Counted from the first letter of the stretch, positions 1-12,058 are shown. The stretch is DNA of 64,000 bases from Nannocystis sp. (GCF_016714285.1 NZ_JADJNN010000008.1:260669-324668), one strand, 5' to 3'. Numbers and translations: made by a program. The notes: generated by a model not told the origin, from the sequence alone.

Positions 1-880
1 GCGTTGGCGACGATCTGGTGCGCGTAGGTGGTGAACGACGGGGCGAGCGCCTCCTTGAAGGCGACCGCCTTGGCCGCGGTGACGTGGTTGTGCGGGCCGC
101 CCTGCAGGCCGGGGAACACGGCCTTGTCGATCGCCGCGGCGTGGGCCGCCTTGCACAGGATGAGGCCGCCACGCGGGCCGCGGAGGGTCTTGTGGGTGGT
201 GGTCGTGACCACGTCGGCGTGCGGGACCGGGCTCGGGTGAGCGCCGCCGGCGACGAGGCCGGCGATGTGGGCGATGTCCGCGGCCAGGTAGGCGCCGACC
301 TCCTGGGCGATCGCGGCGAAGGCCGGGAAGTCGAGCACGCGCGGGTAGGCCGAGTGGCCGACCCAGATGAGCTTGGGACGGTGCTCGCGGGCGAGGCTGC
401 GGACCTCGTCCATGTCGATCCGGTTGTCGTCGCGACGGACGCCGTACTGCACCGCCTTGTAGTAAATGCCGGTGGCGCTGACCTTCCAGCCGTGGGTGAG
501 GTGGCCGCCGGCGGGCAGGGACAGGCCCATGATCGTGTCGCCCGGCTGGCACAGCGCGAGCAGAGCGGCGAGGTTCGCCGGCGAGCCCGAGTAGGGCTGC
601 ACGTTGGCGTGCTCGGCCGCGAAGAGCTGGCGCGCGCGGGCGATGGCGATGGACTCGATCGGGTCGATGAAGTCCATGCCCTCGTAGTAGCGCTTGCCCG
701 GGTAGCCCTCGGCGTACTTGTTGGTGAGGCTGCCGGCGGTCGCGGTGAGCACGGCCCGCGAGGCGTAGTTCTCGCTGGCGATGAGGCGCAGGCTGTCGCG
801 CTGACGGGCGTCCTCCTTGCGCATGAGGGCTTCGATCTCGGGGTCCACCTCGTGCAGGTCGGGCTCGGTGCGTGCGATCA
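1..880 (-). CDS. glyA: Serine hydroxymethyltransferase, C-terminal part missing (gene runs off window start)
   Basis: Reverse-complement translation reads [31 protein letters not shown]...[15 protein letters not shown]...QIVAN, the SHMT signature incl. PLP-Lys motif [14 protein letters not shown]; start codon (cat) at 878-880; absent from ORF track only because the stop lies outside the window. Confidence 0.85.
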
Positions 881-1110
881 TCGCGGGCTTTATCAGGCCG
901 GGGGGGCCGGGAAGTCAATTCGAGCGCGGCGCTTCGTGCTGCCGACGATCGCTGGCACGATCGTCAGCGATGGCGTCCGCGTTGGGGCCACACGACCCCC
1001 GCGATCCGTACGAGTCCGGACGGCGAAGGGGTGTTGCGGAGGCGCGCTCGCGCTCGCGGCCCTGGGCCGTCGGCGAGGCGCTGCGGCGGCGATGTTGATA
1101 CCATCGCCCC

Positions 1111-4100
1111 GTGGGGGGATCGGGGACGTTGCGCGGCGCCCACCGGGCCGGGCCGACCTTCGACGGCGCCGACTCGGGCCCGGCCGCCGAGGACTCCTTG
1201 CGCGGCAGCACCCTCAGCGACAGCGACGAGGGCGAGGGCGAGGGCGACGGCGACGAGGTGGCCGCCGAGGCGCTCAGGTTTGAGCGCGGGGCGACGATCG
1301 ATCGCTACATGATCCTCGACCGCATCGGCGCCGGGGCGATGGGCGTGGTCTACACGGCGTATGACCCGCGCCTCGATCGCCGGGTCGCGCTCAAGGTGAT
1401 GCACGCGCGGCCGGGGGCGCAGGCCAGCGACGTCGCCACTCGCCTGCTGCGCGAGGCCCAGGCGCTGGCCAAGCTCTCGCACCCCAACGTCGTCGCGGTG
1501 CACGACGCCAACGCGCTCGGCGAGGTCGTGTACCTGACGATGGAGCTGGTCGACGGGGTGAGCCTGACGCGCTGGCTCAAGCAGCGCCCGCGCAGCGTCG
1601 ACGAGACCCTCAAGGTCTTCATCGAGGCCGGGCAGGGCCTCGCAGGGGCGCACGCGGCGGGGCTCATTCACCGCGACTTCAAGCCCGACAATGTGCTGGT
1701 CGGCGACGACGGCCGCGTGCGTGTCGTCGACTTCGGCATCGCCCGCGGCGCCGATGGCCCCGACCTGATGTCGGTCGACCAGGCGATCGAGCGCTCGCAA
1801 GATCCGGCGGCCCGCAGCCTGGTCGGCGCGCCGGTCGAGCAGGCCAACGCGGTCCCGGCCGCGGCGACGCCCGAGCCGGGCGCCGAGAAGCCGGGCGAGG
1901 GCGCGGTGCTGGCGTTCGCGTCGACCGACCGCGGCGCCGTCCCGGGCTTCGCTCGCAGCAACGACCTGGCCGACACGCAGCGGGCCGAGGCCGGGCAGCT
2001 GACGCGGCGCTCCGAGGGGCGGCCGGGCAACAAGGCGCTGGTGATCGCGGCGGCGGCGGCCGCAGCGGGCACGGGCGGCGAGCGCCCGCGCCTGCACGCA
2101 TCGCAGCTCGAGACGGCGATCCCCGGGCTCTCGTCGGTGCGCTTGACCCGGACGGGCGCGCTGGTGGGGACGCCGGCCTACATGGCGCCGGAGCAGCACA
2201 TCGCGGCGCGGGTCGACGCGCGCACCGATCAGTTCGCCTTCTGCATCGCGCTGTACGAGGCGCTGTTCGGCAGCCATCCTTTCCCGGCCAAGAACTACGT
2301 GCAGCTGAGCCTCAGCGTGCTCGGCGGCAAGGTCGACGCGATGGTCGGCCGCAGCGACGTGCCAGTCCGCGTGCGCAAGGCGATCCTGCGCGGGCTCTCG
2401 GTCGACCCGGACCAGCGCTTCGCCAGCATGGACGAGCTCATCGGGGCGCTGCGCGCCGACCCGGAGCTGCGGCGACGTCGGCGGGTCGCGGTGGCGCTCT
2501 TGGCCGGCGGCGTGGCGGGCGTGCTGGCGCTGGCCGGCGCCCAGGTGTTCGGCGGGGCCCCGCCCTGCGAGGGCGCCGATCGCCACATGGTCGAGGTCTA
2601 CAACGACGCGGCCCGCGACGACATCCGCGCCGCCTTCCTGGCGACCGAGCAGCCTTACGCGCCGAAGGTGCTGGAGAGCAGCCTCGCGGGCCTCGATCGC
2701 TGGTCGCAGGAGTGGTCGGGCATGCGCCGCGAGGCCTGCGAGGCGACCCATGTCCACCACGAGCAGTCGGCCGATCTGCTCGAGCGGAGGATCGCCTGCC
2801 TCGACCGCAAGCTGCGCAGCCTGTCGGCGATGGTGGCGGTGCTGCGCGTCGCCGACAAGGACGTGGTGCTGCACGCCGTGCAGTCGGTCGACGCGCTGCC
2901 CGAGCTGGCCGAGTGTGAGGACCGCGAGCGGCTGACCCGCGGCGACGCGCCGTCGGAGCAGAAGAAGCCGATCATCGCGGCGGCCGAGGTGAAGCTGGCG
3001 CAGGCCGAGGCGGCGCGGCTCGCCGTGCAGTACGACAACGCCGAGCGCCTGGCCGGCGAGGCGCTGGCGGTCGCCCGCAGCGAGGGGCTCGCGCGGGTCG
3101 AGGTCCAGGCGCTCACGGTGCTCGGGCGGGTCGCCAAGAACCAGGGCCGGATCGGCGTCGCCGAGCAGAGCTTCACCGAGGCGGGGCTGATCGCCGAGCG
3201 GGTCGGGGCCGACGAGCTGCGCCTCACGGCCGACGGCGAGCTCGGCGTGGTCCTCGGCGTGCTCTCGCAGCAGCACGCCGAGGCGGAGCGCACGCTGCGG
3301 CACGCCGAGGCGCTGCTCGACCGGGTCGGGGCCACGCCGCACGAGCGGGTCCGGCTGCGCGAGCGGCTCGGCATGGTGCTCGCGCAGCGCGGGCAGACGG
3401 CCGAGGCGCGCGACCTCCTGAGCCTCGCGCTCAGCGAGGCCGAGGCGCTCCCCGGCGACGGCGGCACCGGCCTGGTCTCGATCCTCAACGCGCGCGGCAC
3501 GGTGCACGACCAGCGCGGCGAGTCGGCGGCCGCGCTGGCGGACTTCGGCCGGGCCCTGGCGATCTGCGAGGCTCACCTCAGCCCCGACCACCCCGACGTC
3601 GCCGCGATCCTCAGCAACATGGCGATCATCGAGCTGAACGGCGGCCAGTACGAGCGGGCCCGCGAGCGCTTCGAGCGGGCCTTGAAGATCCATCGCCTGG
3701 TGCTCGGCGACGATCACCCGATCACCGGCTCGACGCACATGAACCTCGGCACCCTGCTGCAGCAGATGGAGGACTACGACGGGGCGGCCGCGCAGTACGA
3801 GCAGGCGCTGGCGGTCGCGACCAAGGCCGGGGGCAGCGACGCCGACCTCGCCGACATCCTCTACAACCTCGGCGCGGTCTACCAGCTGCGCAAAGAGTAT
3901 GAGCGGGCCCTGACGCCCTACCGCGACGCGCTGGCCCGCAGCGAGCGGGTGCACGGGCCGGACCACGCTGAGGTCGCCTATCCGCTGTTTGGCCTCGGCG
4001 GCGTGCTGGTGGAGCTCGGTAGGTACGCCGAGGGCCGCGAGCTGCTCGAGCGGGCCCTGGCGATCCGCACGCGCAAGGACGTGGTCCCGGTCGACATCGG

Positions 4101-4263
4101 GGAGCTGCGCTTCGCCCTCGCGCGGGCGGTCGCGCCCGTCGACCGCGATCGCGCGCACGCGCTGGCGATCCAGGCCCGTAGCGACTACAGCGATGCCGCC
4201 GACGCGGACAGCGTTCAGCGCATCAACACCTGGCTCAAGGGACAGCTCAAGCGAGCGCCCTGA
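1111..4263 (+). CDS. Ser/Thr protein kinase with long C-terminal TPR-like region
   Basis: Hanks motifs YMILDRIGAGAMGVVY...ALK, HRDFKPDNVLV, DFGIA, GTPAYMAPE; C-terminal half TPR-like (SNMAIIELNGGQYERARERFERALKI...). Confidence 0.85.
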   Translation: MGGSGTLRGAHRAGPTFDGADSGPAAEDSLRGSTLSDSDEGEGEGDGDEVAAEALRFERGATIDRYMILDRIGAGAMGVVYTAYDPRLDRRVALKVMHARPGAQASDVATRLLREAQALAKLSHPNVVAVHDANALGEVVYLTMELVDGVSLTRWLKQRPRSVDETLKVFIEAGQGLAGAHAAGLIHRDFKPDNVLVGDDGRVRVVDFGIARGADGPDLMSVDQAIERSQDPAARSLVGAPVEQANAVPAAATPEPGAEKPGEGAVLAFASTDRGAVPGFARSNDLADTQRAEAGQLTRRSEGRPGNKALVIAAAAAAAGTGGERPRLHASQLETAIPGLSSVRLTRTGALVGTPAYMAPEQHIAARVDARTDQFAFCIALYEALFGSHPFPAKNYVQLSLSVLGGKVDAMVGRSDVPVRVRKAILRGLSVDPDQRFASMDELIGALRADPELRRRRRVAVALLAGGVAGVLALAGAQVFGGAPPCEGADRHMVEVYNDAARDDIRAAFLATEQPYAPKVLESSLAGLDRWSQEWSGMRREACEATHVHHEQSADLLERRIACLDRKLRSLSAMVAVLRVADKDVVLHAVQSVDALPELAECEDRERLTRGDAPSEQKKPIIAAAEVKLAQAEAARLAVQYDNAERLAGEALAVARSEGLARVEVQALTVLGRVAKNQGRIGVAEQSFTEAGLIAERVGADELRLTADGELGVVLGVLSQQHAEAERTLRHAEALLDRVGATPHERVRLRERLGMVLAQRGQTAEARDLLSLALSEAEALPGDGGTGLVSILNARGTVHDQRGESAAALADFGRALAICEAHLSPDHPDVAAILSNMAIIELNGGQYERARERFERALKIHRLVLGDDHPITGSTHMNLGTLLQQMEDYDGAAAQYEQALAVATKAGGSDADLADILYNLGAVYQLRKEYERALTPYRDALARSERVHGPDHAEVAYPLFGLGGVLVELGRYAEGRELLERALAIRTRKDVVPVDIGELRFALARAVAPVDRDRAHALAIQARSDYSDAADADSVQRINTWLKGQLKRAP

Positions 4264-4420
4264 GGTGGTGGCCGCGGCGATCGCCACGGCCTCGATCCTA
4301 TGCGTGCACTTGTGCGCGACACCGGAATGCGCGCAAAAGGCCGGCTGTTGGCGATTGCGCGGCGATTGCGTGTGCATGTAAACCAGGGGGCGCCGGCCGA
4401 CCAACCAGCGAGGGAATTTC

Positions 4421-5158
4421 ATGCCCACACCCAAGAACAAGCGAATCGTCGTCCTCCAGTCCAGCTACTCCGCCACCAACGTCATCGCGAACCTGAACCT
4501 CACGATGAACGCGAACTTCACGACGCCCGGCAATGTCACGACGGTCAACCTGCTCGAGGACTCGAGCGGGACCGGGACGGAGGCGACCGAGTATCAGATG
4601 TCGTTCAGCATCGCCGGCGCGGCGGGCAGCGTGGCGATCGGCGCGATCACCCTGAGCTTCACGGGCGAGGGCGCCGAGCTCGCCAGCGGCGTGAGCGTGG
4701 CCAAGACCTCGGCCAGCACCACCACCGTCCCGCGCGGCAGCAGCGGCAGGGTCACGCCGATCGCCACCCCCGACGCGTACCAGGAGCGCGTGTGGTCGCA
4801 GACCGCCCTGAACGGGACCGACGAGCTGGTCGACCAGGTCGCCGGCATCGACATGCGCGTCAAGGCCGAGAGCGGCTACACCGTGACGCAGACCGTGACC
4901 TCGTGGGACGAGGACGAGCTGGTCGTCGCCTACGAGTGGAAGAACGCCGCGGGCACCAGCTTCGCGTCCGGCACGGTGCGGCTCGAGGCGGCCTCGACCG
5001 CGCAGGGCAGCTACACGCTCGGCAGTGTCGTGGTGGTCGACGACCCGCCGCAGGGCGCTTCGCGCCTGGCCGGCGAGACCCGCAGCGCCCTGCGCGAGCG
5101 CATCCGTGGGGTCACCCGCGAGATCCGCCGCCTCCGTCGCGAAGCCCGCGGCGGCTGA
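4421..5158 (+). CDS. Hypothetical Thr/Asn/Ser-rich 245-aa protein with Arg-rich C-terminal tail; no signal peptide
   Basis: Clean ORF with GAGGGA Shine-Dalgarno 7 nt upstream of ATG; locally lower GC; beta-rich composition (NLNLTMNANFTTPGNVTTVNL...), basic tail RERIRGVTREIRRLRREARGG; no recognisable family. Confidence 0.55.
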   Translation: MPTPKNKRIVVLQSSYSATNVIANLNLTMNANFTTPGNVTTVNLLEDSSGTGTEATEYQMSFSIAGAAGSVAIGAITLSFTGEGAELASGVSVAKTSASTTTVPRGSSGRVTPIATPDAYQERVWSQTALNGTDELVDQVAGIDMRVKAESGYTVTQTVTSWDEDELVVAYEWKNAAGTSFASGTVRLEAASTAQGSYTLGSVVVVDDPPQGASRLAGETRSALRERIRGVTREIRRLRREARGG

Positions 5159-5170
5159 GCCAGCGCGCAC

Positions 5171-5213
5171 GCCGGGCGCCGGTCGCTGCGGCGACGCGGC
5201 GCCCTGTTCGTTG
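5171..5213 (+). terminator. GC-rich hairpin (GGGCGCCGGTCGC tgcg GCGACGCGGCGCCC) followed by TGTTCGTTG
   Basis: 13-bp interrupted inverted repeat just after stop of 4421..5158 ORF, weak U-tract. Confidence 0.35.
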
Positions 5214-5271
5214 CGTACACATGCGGGCGCTGCTTGGCCAGCGCCGCGGTCTGCGGTGTATCCTGCCGGCG

Positions 5272-5943
5272 ATGGCTGACGCGGATCCCCCGCTGCTCGC
5301 GGCTTCCGGGCTGCGCCTGCGCCCGGTGGTCGGCCCACCGGCGACGGCCCGCCGCGTGCTGGTGATCGACAACTACGACTCGTTCACCTTCAACATCGTG
5401 CAGTACCTGCTGCAGCTCGGCGCGGTGGTCGACGTGTACCGAAACGACGCGGTCGACGCGGCCCAGGTGCTGGCCGATCGCCCGAGCCACGTGTTGCTGT
5501 CCCCGGGGCCAGGTCGCCCGCAGGACAGCGGCGTGTGTCAGGCGCTGTGCCGCTTGCTGGCGGATCCAGCCGCCCCCGCGATCCCGCTGCTCGGCGTGTG
5601 CCTCGGCCACCAGACCCTGTGCGAGGTGCACGGCGCGACGGTCGAGCGCGCGGGGCGGATCATGCACGGCAAGCTGTCGCCGATCTTCCACGACGGGAGC
5701 GGGGTGTTCGCGGGCCTGCCCTCGCCGTTCATGGCGACCCGCTACCACTCGCTGGTGGCGCTCGAGGCGACCCTCCCGGCCTGCCTGCGGCCGGTCGCGC
5801 GGACCGACCAGGGCGAGCTGATGGGCGTGCGTCACGCGAGCCGCCCGCTGTTCGGGGTCCAGTTCCACCCGGAGTCGGTGCTCAGCGAGCACGGCCACGC
5901 GCTGCTGGAGAACTTCCTCGAGCAGCCTGTGGCGGCACGATGA
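5272..5943 (+). CDS. trpG: Glutamine amidotransferase of anthranilate/aminodeoxychorismate synthase (component II)
   Basis: VLVIDNYDSFTFNIVQYL, catalytic GVCLGHQ, HPES triad motifs; start chosen at ATG 5272 (long ORF 4300..5943 has no upstream stop); adjacent to trpC. Confidence 0.8.
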   Translation: MADADPPLLAASGLRLRPVVGPPATARRVLVIDNYDSFTFNIVQYLLQLGAVVDVYRNDAVDAAQVLADRPSHVLLSPGPGRPQDSGVCQALCRLLADPAAPAIPLLGVCLGHQTLCEVHGATVERAGRIMHGKLSPIFHDGSGVFAGLPSPFMATRYHSLVALEATLPACLRPVARTDQGELMGVRHASRPLFGVQFHPESVLSEHGHALLENFLEQPVAAR

Positions 5944-5967
5944 GCGTTTGCGGCATACTCGGGCACC

Positions 5968-6774
5968 ATGACGGGCACGGGCGGTAGCTTCCTCGACAAG
6001 ATCCTCGCGGCCAAGCGCGCCGAGCTGGCGGGCGCCCGGGCCACGCGATCCGCGGCGCTCTCCGACCGCGACCTGCTCGAGCTCGGGGCCCGCCTGCCGC
6101 GTCCACGCGACTTCACGGCGGCGCTGCGCGAGGGCCCGCGTCCGGCGATCATCGCCGAGTTCAAGCGCGCCTCGCCGAGCGCCGGCTGGCTGCGCGAGGA
6201 CGCTGATCCGCGGCACATCGGCACGCTCTACGCGGCCGGCGGCGCGACCTGCATGAGCATCGTGACCGACCGCCACTACGGCGGCAGCTTCGACGACCTG
6301 CGCGCGGTCCGACAGACCGTCACGCTGCCGCTGCTGTGCAAGGACTTCATCCTCGAGAAGACCCAGATCGTCGAGGCCAAGCGGGTCGGCGCGGATTGTG
6401 TGCTGCTCATCGTCGCCGCCCTGCCGCCGCCGCAGCTGCGGGCGCTGCTGGAATTCACCCGCCAGCTCGACATGCAGGCGCTGGTCGAGACCCGCGACGA
6501 GCACGAGCTCGATCGGGCGATGGCGGCCGGCGCCCGCCTGATCGCGGTCAACGCCCGCGACCTCGACGGCGTCGAGATCGACGTGGGTCGGGCCGCGCGC
6601 CTGCGCAAGCTGGTGCCGGACAGCTTCACCTACGTGGCCGAGAGCGGGGTGCACTCGGTCGACGACGCGATCCGCCTGCGCGACGCCGGGGTCGACGCGA
6701 TCCTGATCGGCAGCTACTTGATGGAGGCGGCGAACCCCGGCGAGGCGCTGCGCCAGCTGATCCTCCAGCTCTGA
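5968..6774 (+). CDS. trpC: Indole-3-glycerol phosphate synthase
   Basis: ILAAKRAEL...IIAEFKRASPSAG...LLCKDFI...VAESGV motifs of TrpC. Confidence 0.85.
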   Translation: MTGTGGSFLDKILAAKRAELAGARATRSAALSDRDLLELGARLPRPRDFTAALREGPRPAIIAEFKRASPSAGWLREDADPRHIGTLYAAGGATCMSIVTDRHYGGSFDDLRAVRQTVTLPLLCKDFILEKTQIVEAKRVGADCVLLIVAALPPPQLRALLEFTRQLDMQALVETRDEHELDRAMAAGARLIAVNARDLDGVEIDVGRAARLRKLVPDSFTYVAESGVHSVDDAIRLRDAGVDAILIGSYLMEAANPGEALRQLILQL

Positions 6775-6826
6775 CGCGGCTGTCCCGAAGGCCAGGTCAA
6801 CCGATTCGGGGCTCGGGCGAGCGCGC

Positions 6827-7678
6827 TCACTCGCCGACGATCCACTCGACGCGGGTGCGGGTCGACGCCGCGGGATCGAGGTCGTCGTCGGCGACGCGCG
6901 CGGCGAGGGCCGGCAGCGCGGCGCGCAGGACCACGTCGCTGCGCCACGGCGGATTGACGACGATCATGCCGGAGCCGCCGAGGCCGTCGGCGTCGTCGAG
7001 GCGGGTGTAGAGCTCGAGCGCGAGGACCCGGCGGATCACCCCGTGCATGAGCGCCGCGTGCAGCTTGCCGCGGGCGACCGGGCCCTTGATCGGGTACCAC
7101 AGCGCGAGGCAGCCGGTCGGCCAGCGCGCGTGCGCCGTGTGCAGCCCGGCCAGCGCCGCGGCGAACTCGTCCGGCCGCTCGAAGGGCGGGTCAATGAGCA
7201 CCAGGCCGCGGCGCTCCTTCGGCGGCAGGAAGGCCTTGATGCCCTCGTAGCCGTCGCGCCGGTGGACGGCGACCTGCGGGTCGCCGCGAAACTCGTCGTG
7301 CAGGGTCTCGACGTCCTTCATGTGCAGCTCGCACGCGATCATGCGGTCGCCTGGGCGCAGCAGGGCGCGGACCACCCGCGGCGAGCCCGGGTACACGCGC
7401 AGCGCGCCGTCTGGGTTGCAGGCCTCGATCAGGCGCAGGAGGTCGGCGAGCGGCCCCGGCAAGCCCTGCGCCCCCCACAGCCGCGCGACGCCGCGCGCGT
7501 ACTCACCTGTCCTTTGGGACATCTCGTGGGCGAGCTGGTAGCTGCCGGCGCCCGCGTGGGTGTCGAGGTAACAGAGCGGCGTCGGCTTGTCCTGCAGGCG
7601 GCGCACGAGGTGGACCAGCACGAGGTGCTTGAGCAGGTCGGCGGCGCCGCCGGCATGGTAGTGGTGGCGGTAATTCAT
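6827..7678 (-). CDS. rlmJ: 23S rRNA (adenine2030-N6)-methyltransferase RlmJ
   Basis: N-terminus MNYRHHYHAGGAADLLKH typical of RlmJ/YhiR; start moved to internal Met (ATG at 7676-7678). Confidence 0.8.
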   Translation of the reverse strand: MNYRHHYHAGGAADLLKHLVLVHLVRRLQDKPTPLCYLDTHAGAGSYQLAHEMSQRTGEYARGVARLWGAQGLPGPLADLLRLIEACNPDGALRVYPGSPRVVRALLRPGDRMIACELHMKDVETLHDEFRGDPQVAVHRRDGYEGIKAFLPPKERRGLVLIDPPFERPDEFAAALAGLHTAHARWPTGCLALWYPIKGPVARGKLHAALMHGVIRRVLALELYTRLDDADGLGGSGMIVVNPPWRSDVVLRAALPALAARVADDDLDPAASTRTRVEWIVGE

Positions 7679-7791
7679 CGGCGGCAGGCGGGCAGGGCGG
7701 CGCAGCATAGCGGATCGTGTGTGCGTCCGCGCCTGCGCCACAGCGCCGCCGGCGCGGCCGAAACGGCGTATTGTTGCGCCGCCCTGCCCGC

Positions 7792-8829
7792 ATGACCGAC
7801 TCCGCGAACCCTGCGCCGACGCCCGCGCCGATCCCCGAGACGATCCTGGCCACGAGCGCGACGCCGGCGAGCTCCGCGACCTCGCTGCAAAGCCCGGCGC
7901 CGGTGCGGGCGGTGCATGGCTGGCGGCGCCTGCCGATGAACACCATGCGGCTGCTCCGCTTCACGCTGCGGGTGCTGTCGCATCTGAGCAAGAACCACGC
8001 GCTGCTGCTGGCCGGCGGGATCGCCTACAACGTGATGCTGTCGATCGTGCCGCTGCTGACGGTGCTGCTGGTGGTCCTGACCCGCCTGCTCGATCGCCAG
8101 CAGCTGCTCGACATCATCTCCACCGAGCTGGCGCTGCTCATCCCGTCGCAGGCGCAGAGCATCACCGACCAGGTCGGCGCGCTGATCGACAACGCCGACA
8201 TTATCGGCGGGGTCGGCATCCTCGTGCTGCTGTTCTTCAGCTCGTGGGCGTTCAAGATCCTCGAGGGCGCGCTGGCCATCGTGTTCGCGCGGACCAAGGC
8301 CCGGCGCGTGCGCGGCGTGTGGATGTCGTTGCTCATCCCGTACATCTGGATCCTGGTCCTCGGCGTCGGGCTGTTCGTGTTGACCGTCGTGGTCGGCTTC
8401 GTCGAGGCCGTCTCGGAGACCGATCTGCACCTGTTCGGCCGCATCGTCTCGCTCGGGGCCATGCCGGCGCTGATGCTCAAGCTCACCGGCTTCCTGACGC
8501 TGGTGGTCCTGTTCACCTCGATCTATCACGTGCTGCCGATCTCCGAGGTCTCGTTCAAGCGGGCCCTGGCCGGCGGGCTCGCGGCGGCGATCCTGTGGGA
8601 CATCCTGCGCCGCTTCCTGATGGTCTACTTCGCCAAGATCTCGCTGGTGAACACGGTCTACGGCTCGCTGGCCACGGTGATCATCGTCCTGCTCACGCTC
8701 GAGTTCGCGGCGCTCATCATCCTGTTCGGCGCGCAGGTCATCTCGGAGATCCAGCACAGCGAGGAGGCCGGCCTGCCGTGGTACGAGGGCGTGCCCGTCG
8801 AAGAGGTCGTCGGCGTGCGCCAGGGCTAG
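7792..8829 (+). CDS. YihY/BrkB family inner-membrane protein
   Basis: LAGGIAYNVMLSIVPLLTVLL..., 6 predicted TM segments typical of YihY (RNase BN-like) family; start at ATG 7792 (alternatives 7717, 7942). Confidence 0.75.
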   Translation: MTDSANPAPTPAPIPETILATSATPASSATSLQSPAPVRAVHGWRRLPMNTMRLLRFTLRVLSHLSKNHALLLAGGIAYNVMLSIVPLLTVLLVVLTRLLDRQQLLDIISTELALLIPSQAQSITDQVGALIDNADIIGGVGILVLLFFSSWAFKILEGALAIVFARTKARRVRGVWMSLLIPYIWILVLGVGLFVLTVVVGFVEAVSETDLHLFGRIVSLGAMPALMLKLTGFLTLVVLFTSIYHVLPISEVSFKRALAGGLAAAILWDILRRFLMVYFAKISLVNTVYGSLATVIIVLLTLEFAALIILFGAQVISEIQHSEEAGLPWYEGVPVEEVVGVRQG

Positions 8830-8841
8830 CTGCGGGCCCCG

Positions 8842-8889
8842 GCGTCACGGCGTCACGGCGTCATGGTGTCATGGTGTCATGGCGTCGGC
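8842..8889. repeat. Tandem 8-bp repeat G(C/T)GTCA(C/T)G x6
   Basis: gcgtcacg gcgtcacg gcgtcatg gtgtcatg gtgtcatg gcgtcggc in convergent intergenic region between YihY stop and flotillin stop. Confidence 0.7.
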
Positions 8890-10379
8890 GGCTCGGCGGC
8901 GCGGCGCGCGGGCAGCAGCTCGGCGCCGAGGTCCTTCACCAGGGTCATCACCTGGGCGATGCCCTTGCCGATCATCGTCGACGGGTCCCCGTCGCCGCCG
9001 AACGAGGTGAACTTGACCTCGCCGAACTTCTGGGCGAAGGCCGCCGCGACCGCGGGCAGGCCGGTGTCGACCAGCGCGAGGCGGATGCGGTCGTCGGAGA
9101 CCAGGTTCTCGATCTCCTTGGTGGCCCGCAGCGCCGCGGCCTGCACCTCGTGCGCGAGCCGCTTCATGTCGAGCTCGCGCTGCTGCAGCTTGGCGGCGGC
9201 GCTGCTCTCGAACTCCCGCAGCTCGGCGGCGCTGCGCGCCTTGTGGGCTGCGAGCGTGGCGGCCAGCTCGGCCTCGCGGGCGGCGCTCAGGTGCCGCGCC
9301 TCGATCAGCTGGCGCTCGGCCTCGCTGAGCTTGCGCTCGCGGGCCAGCTGGGCGAGGCGGGCGGCTTCGGCCTGCTGCGCCTTCTCGGCCTCTAGCTCGG
9401 TGCGGGCGCGCAGGTCGGCGAGCTGACGCGCCTGGTCGCGGGCGGCCTTCTGGCTGGCGAGCTCGGCCTGGGCTTGCAGCTCGGCGAGCGCCCGTGCCTG
9501 CTCGCGCTGGCCGCTCTCCTCGCTGACGCGGGCCTGCAGCTGGTCGCGCTTGGCCTGCTCGGTGAGCTCGATCTGGGTCGCGTGGCTCTCGGACTGGGCC
9601 CGCAGCTCGCGGGTCGCGGTCTCGCCGGCCAGCTTTGCCTCCGCGATCTGACGCGTCGCCTCGGCCTCGCGGGTGGCGATGTCGCGGGCGCTCTCCAGCT
9701 CGGCCTGGCGGGCGCGCATCGCCAGCTCGGCCCGGAAGCGGGCCTGCATCTCGCTGAACACGGTCTCGCTGAGGACGCGCACGTTCTGGACCTCGACGGT
9801 GTCGATCACCACGCCCCAGCCGGTCGCGGTGCTGTCGTCGCCGCGGCCGCGACCCTCGACCACCGGCGCCAGCTCGACGAGCAGCTCGTGGGCGATCGCC
9901 TCCTTGCGCCGCGTCATCGTGTCCTCGATCGAGAGGTTGGCGACCAGGCGGCGGGTCGCGCCGACGAACATCTCCTGCAGGATCTCGCCGAGCTTCTCCG
10001 AGGCGCGCTCCGAGTACGAGAAGTTGAGCATGCGGAAGGTGAGCTCGGGCTCGACGATGCGGTAGACCGCGAGGCCAGTGATCTGCACGCCGACCTTCTC
10101 GAGCGTCACCTGGTCGGCGGTGAACTGCAGGCGGTTGATGGTGGTCGGGATGATCGCCACCGAGTCCCACGGCCACTTGAAGCAGCTCGCGCCCTGGCCG
10201 GTGCTGCGCCGACGGATCTTCCCGCGGCGCATGTGGATCAGGTACTCCGACGGCATCGCGGTCACGAAGCCCCAGCGCTTCATCTTCTCGGGGTCCTCGG
10301 CGGGCTTGCCGGCGCGCCAGGCGAGGTCGTTGATGTTGGCGTTGGCGTTGGCGGGTGCGGGTGCGGTGGGCTTGCTCAT
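8877..10379 (-). CDS. SPFH/band-7 flotillin-like protein (YqiK/FloA-like) with long EA-rich coiled coil
   Basis: N-terminal TM then SPFH core (VQITGLAVYRIVEPE...), followed by ~200 aa Ala/Glu/Gln/Arg coiled coil typical of flotillins; start at MSKPTAPAP (cat 10377-10379). Confidence 0.75.
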   Translation of the reverse strand: MSKPTAPAPANANANINDLAWRAGKPAEDPEKMKRWGFVTAMPSEYLIHMRRGKIRRRSTGQGASCFKWPWDSVAIIPTTINRLQFTADQVTLEKVGVQITGLAVYRIVEPELTFRMLNFSYSERASEKLGEILQEMFVGATRRLVANLSIEDTMTRRKEAIAHELLVELAPVVEGRGRGDDSTATGWGVVIDTVEVQNVRVLSETVFSEMQARFRAELAMRARQAELESARDIATREAEATRQIAEAKLAGETATRELRAQSESHATQIELTEQAKRDQLQARVSEESGQREQARALAELQAQAELASQKAARDQARQLADLRARTELEAEKAQQAEAARLAQLARERKLSEAERQLIEARHLSAAREAELAATLAAHKARSAAELREFESSAAAKLQQRELDMKRLAHEVQAAALRATKEIENLVSDDRIRLALVDTGLPAVAAAFAQKFGEVKFTSFGGDGDPSTMIGKGIAQVMTLVKDLGAELLPARRAAEPPTP

Positions 10380-10513
10380 GCCCCCTCCACAGCACGCGGC
10401 GTGCCAGCGGCTCGGGCCGGCGATCGGCCAGCGGCGTCGCGGCGGCGCCAAGGCGGCCCTGCGGCCGTGGCTGCGGGCGGTGCACCGAAACGGAGCACCT
10501 GTATCAAGATGGG

Positions 10514-12058
<1,545 letters not shown>

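Noticed and set aside
18-1283. 421-aa ORF on plus strand
   Set aside because: Antisense to glyA, whose reverse translation matches SHMT residue by residue
964-4440. 1158-aa ORF on minus strand
   Set aside because: Antisense to a kinase with unmistakable Hanks motifs; Arg/Ala/Gly-rich low-complexity translation typical of spurious antisense ORFs in 70% GC DNA
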